Below are positions 26,705 through 38,812 of a DNA stretch of 64,000 bases, one piece after another; position 1 is the stretch's first letter; every line of letters starts with the position of its first letter. Made by a program: the position numbers and the translations under genes. The stretch spans positions 1,904,866-1,968,865 of the forward strand of contig MU053379.1 of assembly GCA_013239625.1 (NCBI GenBank), written 5' to 3'. The notes beneath the pieces are model-generated. The model did not search any database. It was given only the letters and a program-made list of their open reading frames with translations, and was not told the DNA's origin. This DNA comes from Lama guanicoe. Its lineage: Eukaryota.

Positions 26705-27346
26705 TCATGAAGGGATGCACAGCATCATTGGTCATCAGGGAAATGAAAATTAAAACTGTAAGGCGACACTACTGCACACTCACTAGAATGGCTCAAATTT
26801 AAAAGCTGACAATGCCAAGTGTTGACAAGGATGTGGAGCACCTGGAACTCTGACATACGACTGATGGAAACATAGAAGGGTGTGGCCACACTGGAGGACA
26901 GTTTGGAGTGTCTTATACAGTAAACATACACTTAGCATGTGACCCAGCCATGGCACTCTTAGGTGTTTTCTCCAAAGAACTGAAAATGTATGGTCACAAA
27001 AAGACATGCACTTGAGTGCTCATAGCAGTTGTATTCATAATAGCCCCACATGGAAAAACCCAGATCTCCATCAACTGGTCAACAGATAAACAAACAGGAG
27101 CACATGCACGTAAGGGGCTGCTGCCCAGCTCTTGAGGGAATGAGCCGCCAAAGCACACAACAGCGTGAGCAGGTCTCAGAAACGCCATGGAAATGAAAGA
27201 AGCCCGACACCAAAGAGAACCTACTGTGTGATTCCATTTGTGTAAAATCCTAGAAAATGCAAACTAATCCTCAGAGGCAGGGAGCAGATCAGTGGTTACC
27301 TGGGGCCAGGTGGGTAAACTATACTTCAGTAAAGCTGATTTTTAAA
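26705..27346 (+). mobile_element. Old L1 (L1ME-like) ORF2 end and 3'UTR
   Basis: cattggtcatcagggaaatgaaaattaaaac, aagctgacaatgccaagtgttgacaaggatgtggagc and tactgtgtgattccattt motifs. Confidence 0.75.
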
Positions 27347-28479
27347 AGGCACCTAGCAGCATGCCCAGCACACAGCAAATGCTCGGTAAATGGCAGACTT
27401 AATGACGAACGTGTGCATGTGCCCACCAGGTGCCAGGGGCTCACCCGCCTCCCTCCCAAGATGCGCCCCTTCCCCTCTGTGGGCAGCGATGAGGAACAGA
27501 GACTCCCCGAGGTCCTCCCTGTGGGGCGGAAGCACCACCCCAACTCCCCTTTCTAGCGGATGAGGCTGCTTCCTCCCAGAAGCAATCGTGTTCTCTTTTC
27601 CGTCTCGACATCCTTTGACTCCTGTTCAGGCTTCCCAAAGCCTGGCCACACCTCAGGCCCGGCTGAGTCAGGAAACCAGCCGGCTCCCCACGACCCTACC
27701 CCACCCGCCCATCCTTCTGACCCGAAGGGAGGAAGCCACGCATGGTTCTCATCACCGAATTACAGACTCAGCCTTCACTTGGGTTTCCGTTGGGTTTGAA
27801 GGCCCCTGCGAGGTGGGATCCACTAGGTCGGTTCTTGTGTTAGGTTTTGATCTGAGTTCAGAACCCTTCCCAAGATTGGCTCTGGTTAAAATCCAACAAA
27901 AGGAGATGGAAGGCAGGACAAGGACGACGACACGTTCGCAAAGAGCTCACCGTGGTCTGGGCTCTGCGTTCTCTGTCTGCCGAGATAAGCATGTGCCTCT
28001 TTCTTTTCCTCCTTAAGTTGGAATCGATTTTTATTTCTGACCTTTCTGTCCTGGAACCGTGGGGACCACCCCCACCCCGACCTTCCTAGCCACTCCCCCA
28101 ACTCCTTGTGGACCCCGAGCCCCTCTCCTCCTCCATGGGTGCTTAACCTGGTGGGCAGCCTGGTGAGGGACCTTGTTTTTGACTACTTAGGATAAAATAC
28201 ACGGGGCAGCAGAAAGTGTTTCACCCATGTTGAAATACGGTACCAGTAGAGTGAATCAGCAGCTGGTGACGGAGGAATAACCTTTGTGCTTCTTTATCCT
28301 TCTGTTCAGTCGCGGGAGCTGGTGGTGGGTCTGATGACAGCTGTCATTTTGAATTGCCGAAGAGCACAAATGCTGTCTTGAGATATCTGCACGCTGTAAT
28401 GGGCCATAAAGTACCGACAGCTTTTGGTGATAAAGTCTAAGAAATTGCTAATATACTATGTGGTTTGCTGCCAACATTT

Positions 28480-28600
28480 GTATTAGAAGGAAATGCTGCA
28501 TTTCAGTTAGAAGTCAGTTAAAAAAAAAAAGATGTATTTACATATCCCTGTTGACAGGTCCTCTAAATTCTATCCATAGACCCTTGGTTAAGAACCCCTG
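28480..28600. mobile_element. hAT-Charlie-type DNA transposon end
   Basis: Ends in ggttaagaacccctg, typical of Charlie-family termini. Confidence 0.45.
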
Positions 28601-28699
28601 GGACTAAGAGCAAGCTCTCGTACCTGCCGGGCCTTCCTACTGGTTCACCACCACTCCCGCCAGCCACATACGTCACCTCCTACATTTAAAACAGCATTG

Positions 28700-29460
28700 T
28701 CGCAAAGCATTTCAGACAGAAAGACGAATTGGGAAAAGTATAATGAACGTCTGCGTAGCCGTCACTCACCCAAGAAGTAAGCTGTTGCAAATGCATCTTG
28801 AAATCCCCTTTGGACTTCTCGCTGCTCGCGTCCGCATCCTGGCCCCTGCCTCGCAGGGGCAGCCGCTGTCTAGCACTGGCTGTCTGTGAGCCCAGGGCTT
28901 GTTGCTAGACTTTTGCCATGAGTGCACACATCCAGAAACGCCATGAAGCAGCAGCTGCATGTTTTTGAGTTCGGTAGAAATGATTTCACACGGTGTGTAA
29001 GTCCTTGTGCAGCCTGCGCTCCTCCCTCAATGTGAACACGTGCGAGGTTTGTCCTCATCAGTGTCTGAGGCTCTGGTTCGCCGACTTTCAAAGCTGAGTG
29101 GTATCCGGAGGCATGACTACATCCCAGTTCAGCTGGCTGTTCTCCTGTGGATGGACGTTTGGGTTGTGTCCAGGCTTTTGACGATGACAGCGCCACGCTG
29201 AGCACTCGTGGGTGTCTCCTGTAAGGCCAGTTTCTCTAGCAGTGGGATGGCCAGATCGTAGGGTATGTGCACCCTTGCTTTCCGTAGAGTCCACGTGCGC
29301 TCTGCGTGGTTGTACGGGTGGATCTACACTCTCCCCAGCAGGAGATGTGCGTTCCCGTTGTTCTGCTCCATCAGCAATACTTGGTATTGTCTGTCTTGGT
29401 GTGCTCTGCGAGTCTGGTCGTGTGTCTGATTGTGGCTTTAATTTGCATTGCCCTGGTTAC
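28700..29460 (-). mobile_element. Old L1 (L1ME-like)
   Basis: gatggacgtttgggttgtgtccagg and gattgtggctttaatttgcattgccctg motifs. Confidence 0.65.
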
Positions 29461-29469
29461 TGGTTGGAG

Positions 29470-29660
29470 TGATGCTAATGGTGTCCCCCTGAGATATGAG
29501 GTTCTAACTCCTGGAACCTGTGACTATTACCTAATATGGTAAAGTTTTTTGCAGATGTGATTAAGGATCTTGAGATGGGGAGATGACCTTGGATTATCCA
29601 GGTGGGCCCTAAAAGCTATCACAAGTGTCCTTAGAAGAGAGAGGCAGAGGGAGGTTAGAC
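29470..29660 (+). mobile_element. MaLR LTR (MLT1D-like, 5' half)
   Basis: ttgcagatgtgattaaggatcttgagatgggg..ggattatccaggtgggccctaa motif. Cut off by the adjacent L1. Confidence 0.8.
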
Positions 29661-29661
29661 C

Positions 29662-30590
29662 TCTGTTTGTACCTCTTAATCTCCCTCAGCTTTTTCTTTC
29701 CCTCCCCCTTCTCCCTTCCTCTCCCCTCACCACCTGTTTCTTTTCTGTGTCTGACTCTGATTCTATTTGATTATGTTTGTTCATTTGTTTTGTTTTTTAG
29801 ACTCCACGTATAGGTAAAATCATACAGTATTTGTCTTTCTCTGACTTATTTCACTTAGCATAATGCTCTCTACGTCCATCCATGTTGCAAATGGCAAGAT
29901 TTCATTCTTTCTTATGGCTGAGTAGTATTCCACTGTGTACATATACCACATCTTCTGTATCCACTCATCTGTAGGTGGACACTTAGGTTGCTTCCACATC
30001 TTGGCTATTGTAAATAGTGCTGCAATGAACATAGAAGTGAATATATCTTTTCAAATTAGTGTTCTTGTTTTCTTTGGATAAATACCCAGGAGTGGAATCG
30101 CTGGATCATGTGGTAGTTCTATTTTTAATTTTTTGGAGTCTTCATACTGTCTTCCACAGTGGCTGCACCAATTTACATTCCCAGCAGTGCATTAGGGTTC
30201 CCTTTTCTCCACATCCTCATCAACACTTGTTATTTGTGGGTTTTTTTTTTTAATGATAGCCATTCTGACAGATGTGAAGTGATATCTCATTTTAATTTGC
30301 ATTTAGTGATGTTGAACATCTTTTCATGTGCCTCTTGGCCATTGTATGTCTTCTTTGGAAAAATGTCTGTTCAGGTCCTCTGCCCATTTTTTTAATCCAG
30401 TTTTTTTTTTTTGATGTTGAGTAGTATGACTTCTTTGTGTATGTTGGATATTAACCCCTGATCAGATGTATCATTTGCAAATGTCGTTTCCCATTCAGTA
30501 CGTGGCCTTTTTGTTTGGCTGACAGTTTCCTTCACTGTGAAAAAGCTTTTAAGTTTGATGTCATCCCATTTGTTATTTTTGCTTTTGCTC
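29662..30590 (-). mobile_element. L1 ORF2 C-terminus/3'UTR fragment
   Basis: ORF 29820-30032 (MFIAALFTIAKMWKQPKCP..) and ORF 30392-30640 (KWDDIKLKSF) are L1 ORF2 remnants. Confidence 0.9.
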
Positions 30591-30846
30591 GGTGCTTGGT
30601 GGCCTGTTACAGGTGGCCGCCACGTAAACTGTGGTCTCATTTTGGTAAAAAAAGAGAACCTCTAGCAAGCGGATGACTGCTCCTGATTCCCTTGGTAGCC
30701 TCAACCGAGTCGTTAACCGCTCTGCATCTTGAGCTTCAAAATGGGTTTAGAGACGAGCTTATCTCTGATGCCGCTCAGCTCGTAAAAGTGTCCGATGACA
30801 CTTGAGAAATCCAGAGGTGTCCACTTTCGCAGATTTCTACCTTACT

Positions 30847-31490
30847 TTAAAAAAAATGGTGGTAAAATATACATAATATAAAATTTACCATTTCAACCAT
30901 TTTAAAGTGTACGATTTGGTGGCATTTATTTCATTTGCAGTGTTAAGCAACTGTCACTTCTTTCTAGTTCTGAAGCATTTCCATCAACTAAAGGACTCCC
31001 TTAGCCATGGGCAGTCACTCCCTACTCCTCTCTGGCCCTAGTCTCTGGAAAACACTGATCCATTTCTATGGATTTGTCTATTCTGCATATTTTTTATAAA
31101 TGGAATCATGCAACATGTGGACGTCAGTATCTGTCTTATTTCACTTAGCATAATATTTATGAGGTATAATGTGTATACATATATATACAATCATATATTG
31201 ATATATATTATCACATGTCAACATATGCATGTGTGCATATGTATTATTAAGTATCAATACTTCATTCCTTTTTATGGCCGCTGAGTGACGTTCTGTTGCG
31301 AGACCACACCACACTTTGTGTATCTACTCACCTGTTGTTGGACATTTGGGTATTTCCACCTTCTGCCTCCTGTAAATAGTGCTGCTCTGAACAATTAATG
31401 TACAAGTTTTTGTTTGAACATCCCTATAGTCAACTTACTGGGAAACTACTAAACTATTTTCTACGGAAGTTTCACCAGGTGTATCTTTTT
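30847..31490 (-). mobile_element. Old L1 (L1MB-like) 3' end
   Basis: ggtaaaatatacataatataaaatttaccatttcaaccattttaaagtgtac is a typical L1MB reverse-strand end. Confidence 0.8.
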
Positions 31491-32014
31491 TGATCTTTCG
31501 TTTCCCCAATTAAAACAGAAATTCTTATTCATTCAGGCTGCCCATGTTCAGCGCTCTCTCTGTCTCTGTGAGCATCCTTCATTTATGCTTGCCCGGAGAC
31601 TGCAGGAGTCACGTGCTGGGAACCATCTGTGTAGAGCTCCAGCACCTGCTCCCCATGTGGGGGGGGAAGCCCCCCACCCCCTGCAAAGAGAACTGTCAAC
31701 TGCTGTTACCACTGATTCACAGGAGCATCTGGGGGTGGAGGGAGAGAACTGGGCCCTCCCTGTGACGTGGGGGGAGGCGAGCCTGGCCGCAGCCCCGGAG
31801 GGATATGGAGATGAGGCACCTCCATGGATTTCTGCCATCAGGGCCCCTTACTCTCCAAGGCGCAGGTCCTGCCCCCACCTGCTTCTGCAGGTGTGTGGTG
31901 AGTAGATGGTAACCTGGTAGCCAGTGGAAGAGGAAGTGTCCCTGCTATCAAGGGTGGATGTCCTGACTCCGCTTTCCAGCTGTGCTTGGAGACAGGGCTG
32001 GTGCTTCAGAGATG

Positions 32015-32820
32015 GCTTAGTTTGGGTTCCCACCAAAATCAGAAACAAGGATTTGAGTACAAATAGATTGTTAGGGAGGAAATCTCAAAAAAAAAAAAAA
32101 AAGAAGAAGAAGAAGAAGAAGGAGAAGAAGAAGAAGAAAGAGGACGCTAATGAACTCACCTACAAAACAGAAACAGACTCGCAGACATAGTAAACAATCT
32201 TATGGTTACCCGGAGGAAAGGGTTGGGAAGGGTTGAATTTGGGAGTTTGAGATTTGCAAAGGTTAACCACTATGTATAAAAATAGATAAAAAACCAGATT
32301 TCTTCTGTATAGCACAGGGAACTATATATTCAATATCTTGTAATAGCCTTTAATGAAAAAGAATATGAAAACGATTGTATGTATATACATGCATGACTGG
32401 GACATGATGCTGTATACCAGAAATTGACACATTGTTAACTGACTATATGTCAATAAAAATGTTTTTAAAAAGGAACACTTCCTAAACCATGAATCAAGCC
32501 CTGAACCCCCAAAAAAGAAACACCAGTAGGGGATGTTACCATTGAGGACAGCAAGGGCTCAGTTCCAGGGAGGACCCTCTGTGAGACAGTGTAGAGCCAC
32601 TGACAGGTGAGGAAACTGGGGTGTTTATCCCCCAGCTACCATCCCACATAGGTTGAGGGTCACTCCTGGGCTGAACCCCAGCATTTCTTGCCTGCCTCTG
32701 TAGAGGTCAAGCATCCCCCTGGGGCCAGGTGACACCCTCAGTTAGGGAGTCAGAGGAAACCACAGGCATGGATGCAAACTGTCCATGGAGCTCTCCAGGG
32801 TGGGGCCAGCACTGCTACAG
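32015..32820 (-). mobile_element. ERVL LTR (LTR16/33-like), interrupted by a young L1
   Basis: cttagtttgggttccc..aaggatttgagt..gggagg, resuming at gaaacaccagtagggg (~32517). Confidence 0.65.
32081..32471 (+). mobile_element. Young L1 3'UTR with A/(GAA)n expansion
   Basis: tacaaaacagaaacagactc..cacagggaactat..gactgggacat..aataaaa, closely similar to 5395-5629. Confidence 0.9.
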
Positions 32821-32930
32821 AGAAGGGATGCGGAAGCAGAGTTTAGCAGACTTTGCTGAGAAGGAGTCAGGGTGTGTATCCTGAGCCTGGCTTAAGTTAC
32901 CTGATGTTTGAAGTCAGACCAATGAATAAG

Positions 32931-33280
32931 ATCTTTACGTCTCAATCTGTGGATGTTTCAACATCTCAACGTGTGAATGTCTTTCCGGGTTCCGTGGACA
33001 TCTCTACACAACAACATATGAAAAATCTCAACACCTGGATCTGAAGATGTTTCAACATGTCAACCTGTGAACGTCTCAATGTGGAATATCCTCACACCTC
33101 AACGTGCGAATGTCTCAACATTTCAACGTGTGAATGTCTCAACATCTTAGCATGTGGATGTCAACCTGTGCACGTTTCAGCAGTCTGAACGTGCCATGTC
33201 TTAACATCTCAATGTGCAAATGTCTTGATGTCTCAGTGTGTGGTTGTCAACATAACAACACATGAATGTCACAACACCAT
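32931..33280. repeat. Degenerate minisatellite with 8-bp subunits and a 24-bp higher-order unit
   Basis: tcaacatctcaacgtgtgaatgtc (32958-32981) recurs with one mismatch at 33115-33138. Many diverged copies surround it. Confidence 0.85.
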
Positions 33281-33639
33281 GGCTTGAAAAAGTTGAGTGA
33301 GCCATTATTTTCCTTCCAAGTCCAGTCCCTCAGAAGTCTAGTGAAATACTAGCATGCAAAAATTTTAACCCTGGTGGAAATTCTGTTCTTATACAAATCA
33401 GCACTGGATCTTACAGGTGGAAAGCTATTTGGTCAGACTTTGTAACAGTCCAGTAGCTCTTCATTTCTATGGAGACCAGGCTGCTGGCAATATCCGTTCC
33501 TCCCAAATCCTTACTGGGGGAAGTGCCTCTCAGCCTCATGGAAAAGACAACCCCAGGGCTCATGCCTTTCCTTGAAAGTGGCTGTGAATTGCTGTCACAA
33601 TCCCACCCAGATAACTGCAGATAAAATGAGGTCACAGAT

Positions 33640-34150
33640 CAGAAACAGAACCTCTGGCACTTGTGAAGTGGCAGCTGTCCTCAGGGGGAGAAGCAGGAAG
33701 ACCTGTGGAAAGTAGACTCCCTCGGGAGTGAGGGTGGAATTGACTAGGGCGGGGTGCCAGGGAACCTTCTGGGGCAGTCGTAATGCTCAGCATCTGGATG
33801 GAGCTTTGGGCTACAAAGATGTGTTCATTTGTCAAAACTCCGTGAATGTTCACATAAGCTTGTGCATTTCATTGTAGGTGAAGTGTATCTCAATAGAAAA
33901 GCACCACAAACAAATATTGATTTGATATGGATGCTGAAGTACTCAGGGAGAAGCGTGCTGATATCTGCAATGTAATTTTAAATGCATTTTTAAAAAGACA
34001 GATGGATAGATGTTGGAGGAGTGAATAGATGGGCACCTGGGAGGTAAAACAAGCATCTTCCGGTGTTATATTGCAATCTAGGTGGTGGGTAACATTTTTT
34101 AAACTTTTTGGCATATTTGAAGATTTTCATAATGAAATATTCTGAGAAAA
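33640..34150 (+). mobile_element. Old L1 (L1ME-like) 3' fragments
   Basis: catttgtcaaaactc..tgtgcatttcattgtagg motif and tttgaagattttcataat end. Confidence 0.65.
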
Positions 34151-34574
34151 AGTAGACTTGGAAAACTAACACGTCCAGCCATTTGGGGCTGCTTTACACA
34201 CATGACAGACTTTGAGAACATTGCCCAATTGTATCTCATTTTCATGCCTCATACTCATTAATGTCCTGGATTATTTTTAGAAATCTTTAAATTCAGATCC
34301 ATGTGTGTTTAAGGCTGAAAAAAAATGTAATTACTTTTGGAAATTTTCCATTAAAAGTCTCTGCAAGGTCGATTCTTAATTAGGGGTAGCTATTAGGTAC
34401 CTGGAATACCCCACTTAGGTGAAACCGCTCGTTCCCCAACAGCACGGGACCCATGCGATGCCAGTGTAAGTAGCATTTCTGGTTAGTGGACAGTTGCATC
34501 ATACCCTCGGACTTGGCTTCAGCATTTTCAGGGCATTTTGACATGTATTGTTTGAGCTTTTTGCTTCTGGGGTC

Positions 34575-34760
34575 GAGTCACCTGAGTCTGAATTCTCTCT
34601 AGATTGTCTGCTTGCTGGCTGTGTGACCCTGGGGATTAATGCTTTTATGTGGCAGGTGCGAATGATGACACCGAAGATACAGGTTTCTTGTAAGAAATCA
34701 AATGATGCAGGCAGAGCACGTTAAAGAGCCTGACACATCATAGGCTCTTGGTCGGGCAGA
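34575..34760 (+). mobile_element. MIR fragment
   Basis: cttgctggctgtgtgaccctggg and gcctgacacatcataggctct motifs. Confidence 0.5.
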
Positions 34761-37317
34761 GTTGTCAGCCTCAGTCCCTTTCACGAAGTCCCCGTGACAT
34801 TTCCACGAAGCAGAGTCAGCACCGTCTTGTGCATTTCCCAGAGAAGACGACTAGTGTTTGGAGACGCCCAGTTACCTGCAGACCCTCAACCGCCAGGGGA
34901 CCCCAGAGGGGATGGAGGACTTGAACCAACATCGCTTAGTCCCCTGCTGTTCCTACCTCAGCCAGTCTTGCCCCAAATCTGGTGGGATGATCAGGAAAAC
35001 GCAAGGTGTGAAGACGAACTGAACTGGAATTCTCTTTGGTCTCAGGACAAACAGTGAATGGTGTTGCCTCATACTGTTGACTGTCGGAAAGAATTCTGTT
35101 GAAAGTTATTAACATCCCCAGTGGAATGGTGGAAAGGCAGGCAGAAATGACTCAGCAGACTTGCGGTGACCTTTAAAACAAAATCTTTAAACATTTGTGC
35201 CTCACACATGTGATCCAGGTAGCTTGATCTGAGACTCCAACTACCAATAATTCAAAGTCACACGGTTGGCACTAGCCGAGGTCTTCGCACCCCTTGAGTG
35301 TCCGAGGTGTGAGGACCTCTTCACTCCATCCTCACTGTGACCTTAACTCTGTCCCCTGACCCCCTGTGCTTCCCACCTGGGGCCAAGCAATGGTGAGGAA
35401 GCTGGGGGCACGGTTGGGAGCACTGTTGTTTGCAGATGTTCAGATACCTGCAGACTCCAGCCACACGGGTGTTCCATGGGGGCTCAAATGCTCATCTCTG
35501 AGCCCACCGCTGTTCCTACTTCAGCCGGTGACAGCGGGTCAGTAGCACAGAAATGGCCTCCCAGAGGGCCCCGGGTTCTTCTCAGACGCCCTCTTCCTTT
35601 CTTCCCTTCCTTTGGCCAAGGCTGTGGAGTTTCCACACGCAGCAGTTGAAGGACAGCTACGCTGCTTGCCAGCCCATTCCCCCGGGACGCTGGCTCTGCC
35701 TCAGACCCAGTTGTCTTGGACAGTCTTCCGCCAGATGTCTCAGTTTTCACGGAGGGTTGTCCTTCTTCTTAAACTCGTCATCCGGAATTGGCTACCAGCT
35801 TTATTTGCAGCATAAGGGAAGAAAAGAGTGTCCCCTGGAGAACAGTTTCAGCTGACTGAGTGTCTACCAGTGCTGACAGGAGGGCCCCGGCGCCCGGCGG
35901 GCGTGCCTGCGTGTCTGGTGGGGACGCCCGTGCGGGGCGCTCTGGGGCATCGCAGAGACCGTGGCGGAACGCAGTACAGTCAGACCAAGCCCGGGAGGGA
36001 AGCGATGGCCAAAGAACACACGCCCTCGAGGGCTTTATTGTTTTCAGAGCATACTAGGGAGTTACAACAGACTGTTTGGAGCCTTAACAATGGCTTATTT
36101 TGTATTGGATTTTTTTTTAAAAAAAAAAAAGCAAAGGCTTTTTTCCTTTGTGTGTTACACGTATGCCAGGAAAAACAGCTCCTGGAGAATGAAAACACCT
36201 TCGGGGGTCAGTTTGCAGCTTGAGAGGGGCCGCCGGGCGGGCGGCGGGACGGTTTTCTCCTGAGCGGTGAGTGTCCAGGGAGGACCAGATGCGAGCAGGC
36301 GGAGGGGCCGGCAGTGGAAGGCGCCCTGTCCTTAGTGCGGGCCCAGCAGGTCTTCAGTGGGAGCTGCGGGTGCAGCGATGACCTCACCCCTGGCCGGGAG
36401 GGACATGGGCTGCAGAGTAGCTGGTGTCCAAGCCCCACTGGGGAACAGGACTGGGCAGGGGGTGCCGCGCACAGCTGACGTTCCGCAGCCTGGCCTGGTG
36501 TCCGCATCTCTGGAGCAGCTTTTAAAGCACACGTTGCCTTAGCAACGCCCCCCTCCCAGACCCAGACCCCGGGTTTACTCTGGGCGGTGCTATCGTCTGC
36601 AGGGATGAGAACCTGCCAAGTCCAGGTCTACCGGGGAGCGGGTGGGAGGAGCAGTGGGAGCAGTGGAGGAAGAACGTTCCAGAAGCCCAGCTTGCTGTCT
36701 GCCCAGCGCTGTATCGGGCAGCCTCCCTGTGGACCACACAGGGGCTTGTGTTCATGGCCTCCTGAAAATGACACCCCAACCCGGCGTGCGGCTGTGCTGG
36801 TGCAGACACAAGCTCTCCCCCGGGGGGCCTCACACTGGGCACCCTCAGCAAACGAGGGCAAGGCTGTGCCCCCCCTCTTCGGCTTGACTCGTGTGGGGAC
36901 CACGGGAATCATTCCAGCAGTGGTCTTTCTCAAAGAGCAGTTCCAGGACCCGGAGCCTCCGTTCCCCCTGGGAGGGAGGGAGAGATGCGTGTCCTCTGGC
37001 CCCACCACAGAGGGACTGAGTCAGGAGCGCTGGGCGTGGGCCCAGGAATCTGAGTCTCCCCAGGCTCCCCAGGTAAGCCTGATCGCAGGCCTGGTTCAGG
37101 CCCCACAGATGGGGAGGGAACAGGACGGCTCCTGTAGGAAGTGCGATTCCATTGCGGGCATTTTTAAGTCCCTTTCACATTCCAGGTTCTGTCCGTGGGC
37201 TCTGGTGGGGCTTCTACATGGGAGGGCCTTTAGGAAGATTTGGGGCAGGATCTGGCAGGAACGGGGCACTGGGGGATTTCTTTTGAGCTGATACACAGAA
37301 AAGCCTAAGACTGCTTC

Positions 37318-38292
37318 TTACTGACAATGTTGTGCTGGTTTCAGGTGTACAACATAGTGATTCAGTTATACATGTATGCATCTTTTTCAGATTCTTTTTC
37401 ATTTTAGGTTATTATAAGCTTTTGAATATAGTTCCTTGTGCTCTACAGTAGGTCCTTGTTGTTTATCTATTTTATATACAGCAGTGTGTGTCTGCTAATT
37501 CCAAACTCCTAATTTATCTGTCCCCTCTCTTTCCCCCCGGTAACCGTAAGTTTGTTTTCTATGTCTATGAGTCTCTTTATGTTTTGTAAGTAAGTTCATT
37601 TGTGTCATTTTTTTAGATTCCACATGTAAGTGATATCGTATGATACTTGTCTTTATCTGTCTGACTTACTTCACCGAGTATGATGATCTCTGGGTCCATC
37701 CATGTTGCTGCAAATGGCACTATTTCATTCTTTTTCATGGCTGAGTAGTATTCTGTTGTATATATACCCCAATCTTCTTTATCTGTTCATCTACTGATGG
37801 ACATTTAGGTTGCTTTCGTGTCTTGGCTTTTGTAAATAGTGCTGCTATGAGCATTAGGGTGCATGTATCTTTTTGGCTTAACTTCCAGAATATACAAACA
37901 GCTCATACAACTCAATAACAAAAAAATGAACAACCCACTCAAAAATGGGCAGAAGACCTAAACAGACACTTCTCCAGTGAAGACGTACAGACGGCCAGCA
38001 GGCACATGAAAAGATGCTCAACGTCGCTAACCATCAAGTAAAAGCAAAGCAAAGCTCCAATGAGGCACCACCTCCCAGCAGTCAGAATGCCATCATTAAA
38101 AAGTCCACAAACGATGAATGCTGGAGGGGCTGTGGAGCAAAGGGAGCCCTCCTGCACTGCTGGTGGGGATGCAGTTTGGTGCAGCCACTGCGGAGGACAG
38201 TATGGAGATTCCTTAAAGAACTACACATAGACCTACCATGTGATCCCGCAGTCCCACTCCTGGGCACACATCCAGAGAAATCCCCAGTTTGA
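37318..38292 (-). mobile_element. Young L1 with 5' inversion (twin-priming structure)
   Basis: Minus-strand 3' segment 37318-37874 is joined to plus-strand segment 37875-38292. The two pieces are contiguous in L1 (compare the uninterrupted copy at 60841-60880). Confidence 0.85.
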
Positions 38293-38777
38293 GCAGTAAT
38301 GCCTCTCTAGTGACGCTTTGTTCACACCTGACATAAGAGTGAGAAGACGGCCATGGTTCATTCAAATGCTGGTCTTGGAAAGCCTGGTGTGTGGTGGGTA
38401 GCTCTGGCGCTGACCCCAGCCCCTCCTCAAGGCCCCGCAGTGGGCCCAGCCCGCGGCAAAGGCTGCCTGTGCTGTGGCTCAGGACCCACCTGTGAAGATG
38501 AAAATCAGATCTTTTTTTTTTCTTTCCTTCTGACTTTCCCTGTGGGTCCAGGTATTATTTATTACCTGCTTTTGCTCCCTGCCTCCAGGCGAGGAGTGTA
38601 TTTAAGCCCATTCAAACTTTACAAGTCTTAAAAATAATTCTCTCTCTGCTCACCCCTTCCAGGTTTGGCAGGGGCTTCCTTTGAACAGGAAATCCATCTC
38701 CTTCTACCTGTCCAACCCTCCTGACTAACTCACACCGTGATCTGTTCTTACTTTTTCAAACTGCAAGTTGGCAAGGT

Positions 38778-38778
<1 letters not shown>

Positions 38779-38810
<32 letters not shown>
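38779..38810. repeat. (GT)n microsatellite
   Basis: Directly visible run of about 15 units. Confidence 0.95.

Positions 38811-38812
<2 letters not shown>

Noticed and set aside
31924..32190. Poly-lysine ORF
   Set aside because: It is the translation of the A/(GAA)n tract in an L1 3'UTR.
32931..33280. CRISPR-like array
   Set aside because: There are no constant repeats with unique spacers and no cas genes, and the context is eukaryotic. It is a degenerate tandem repeat.
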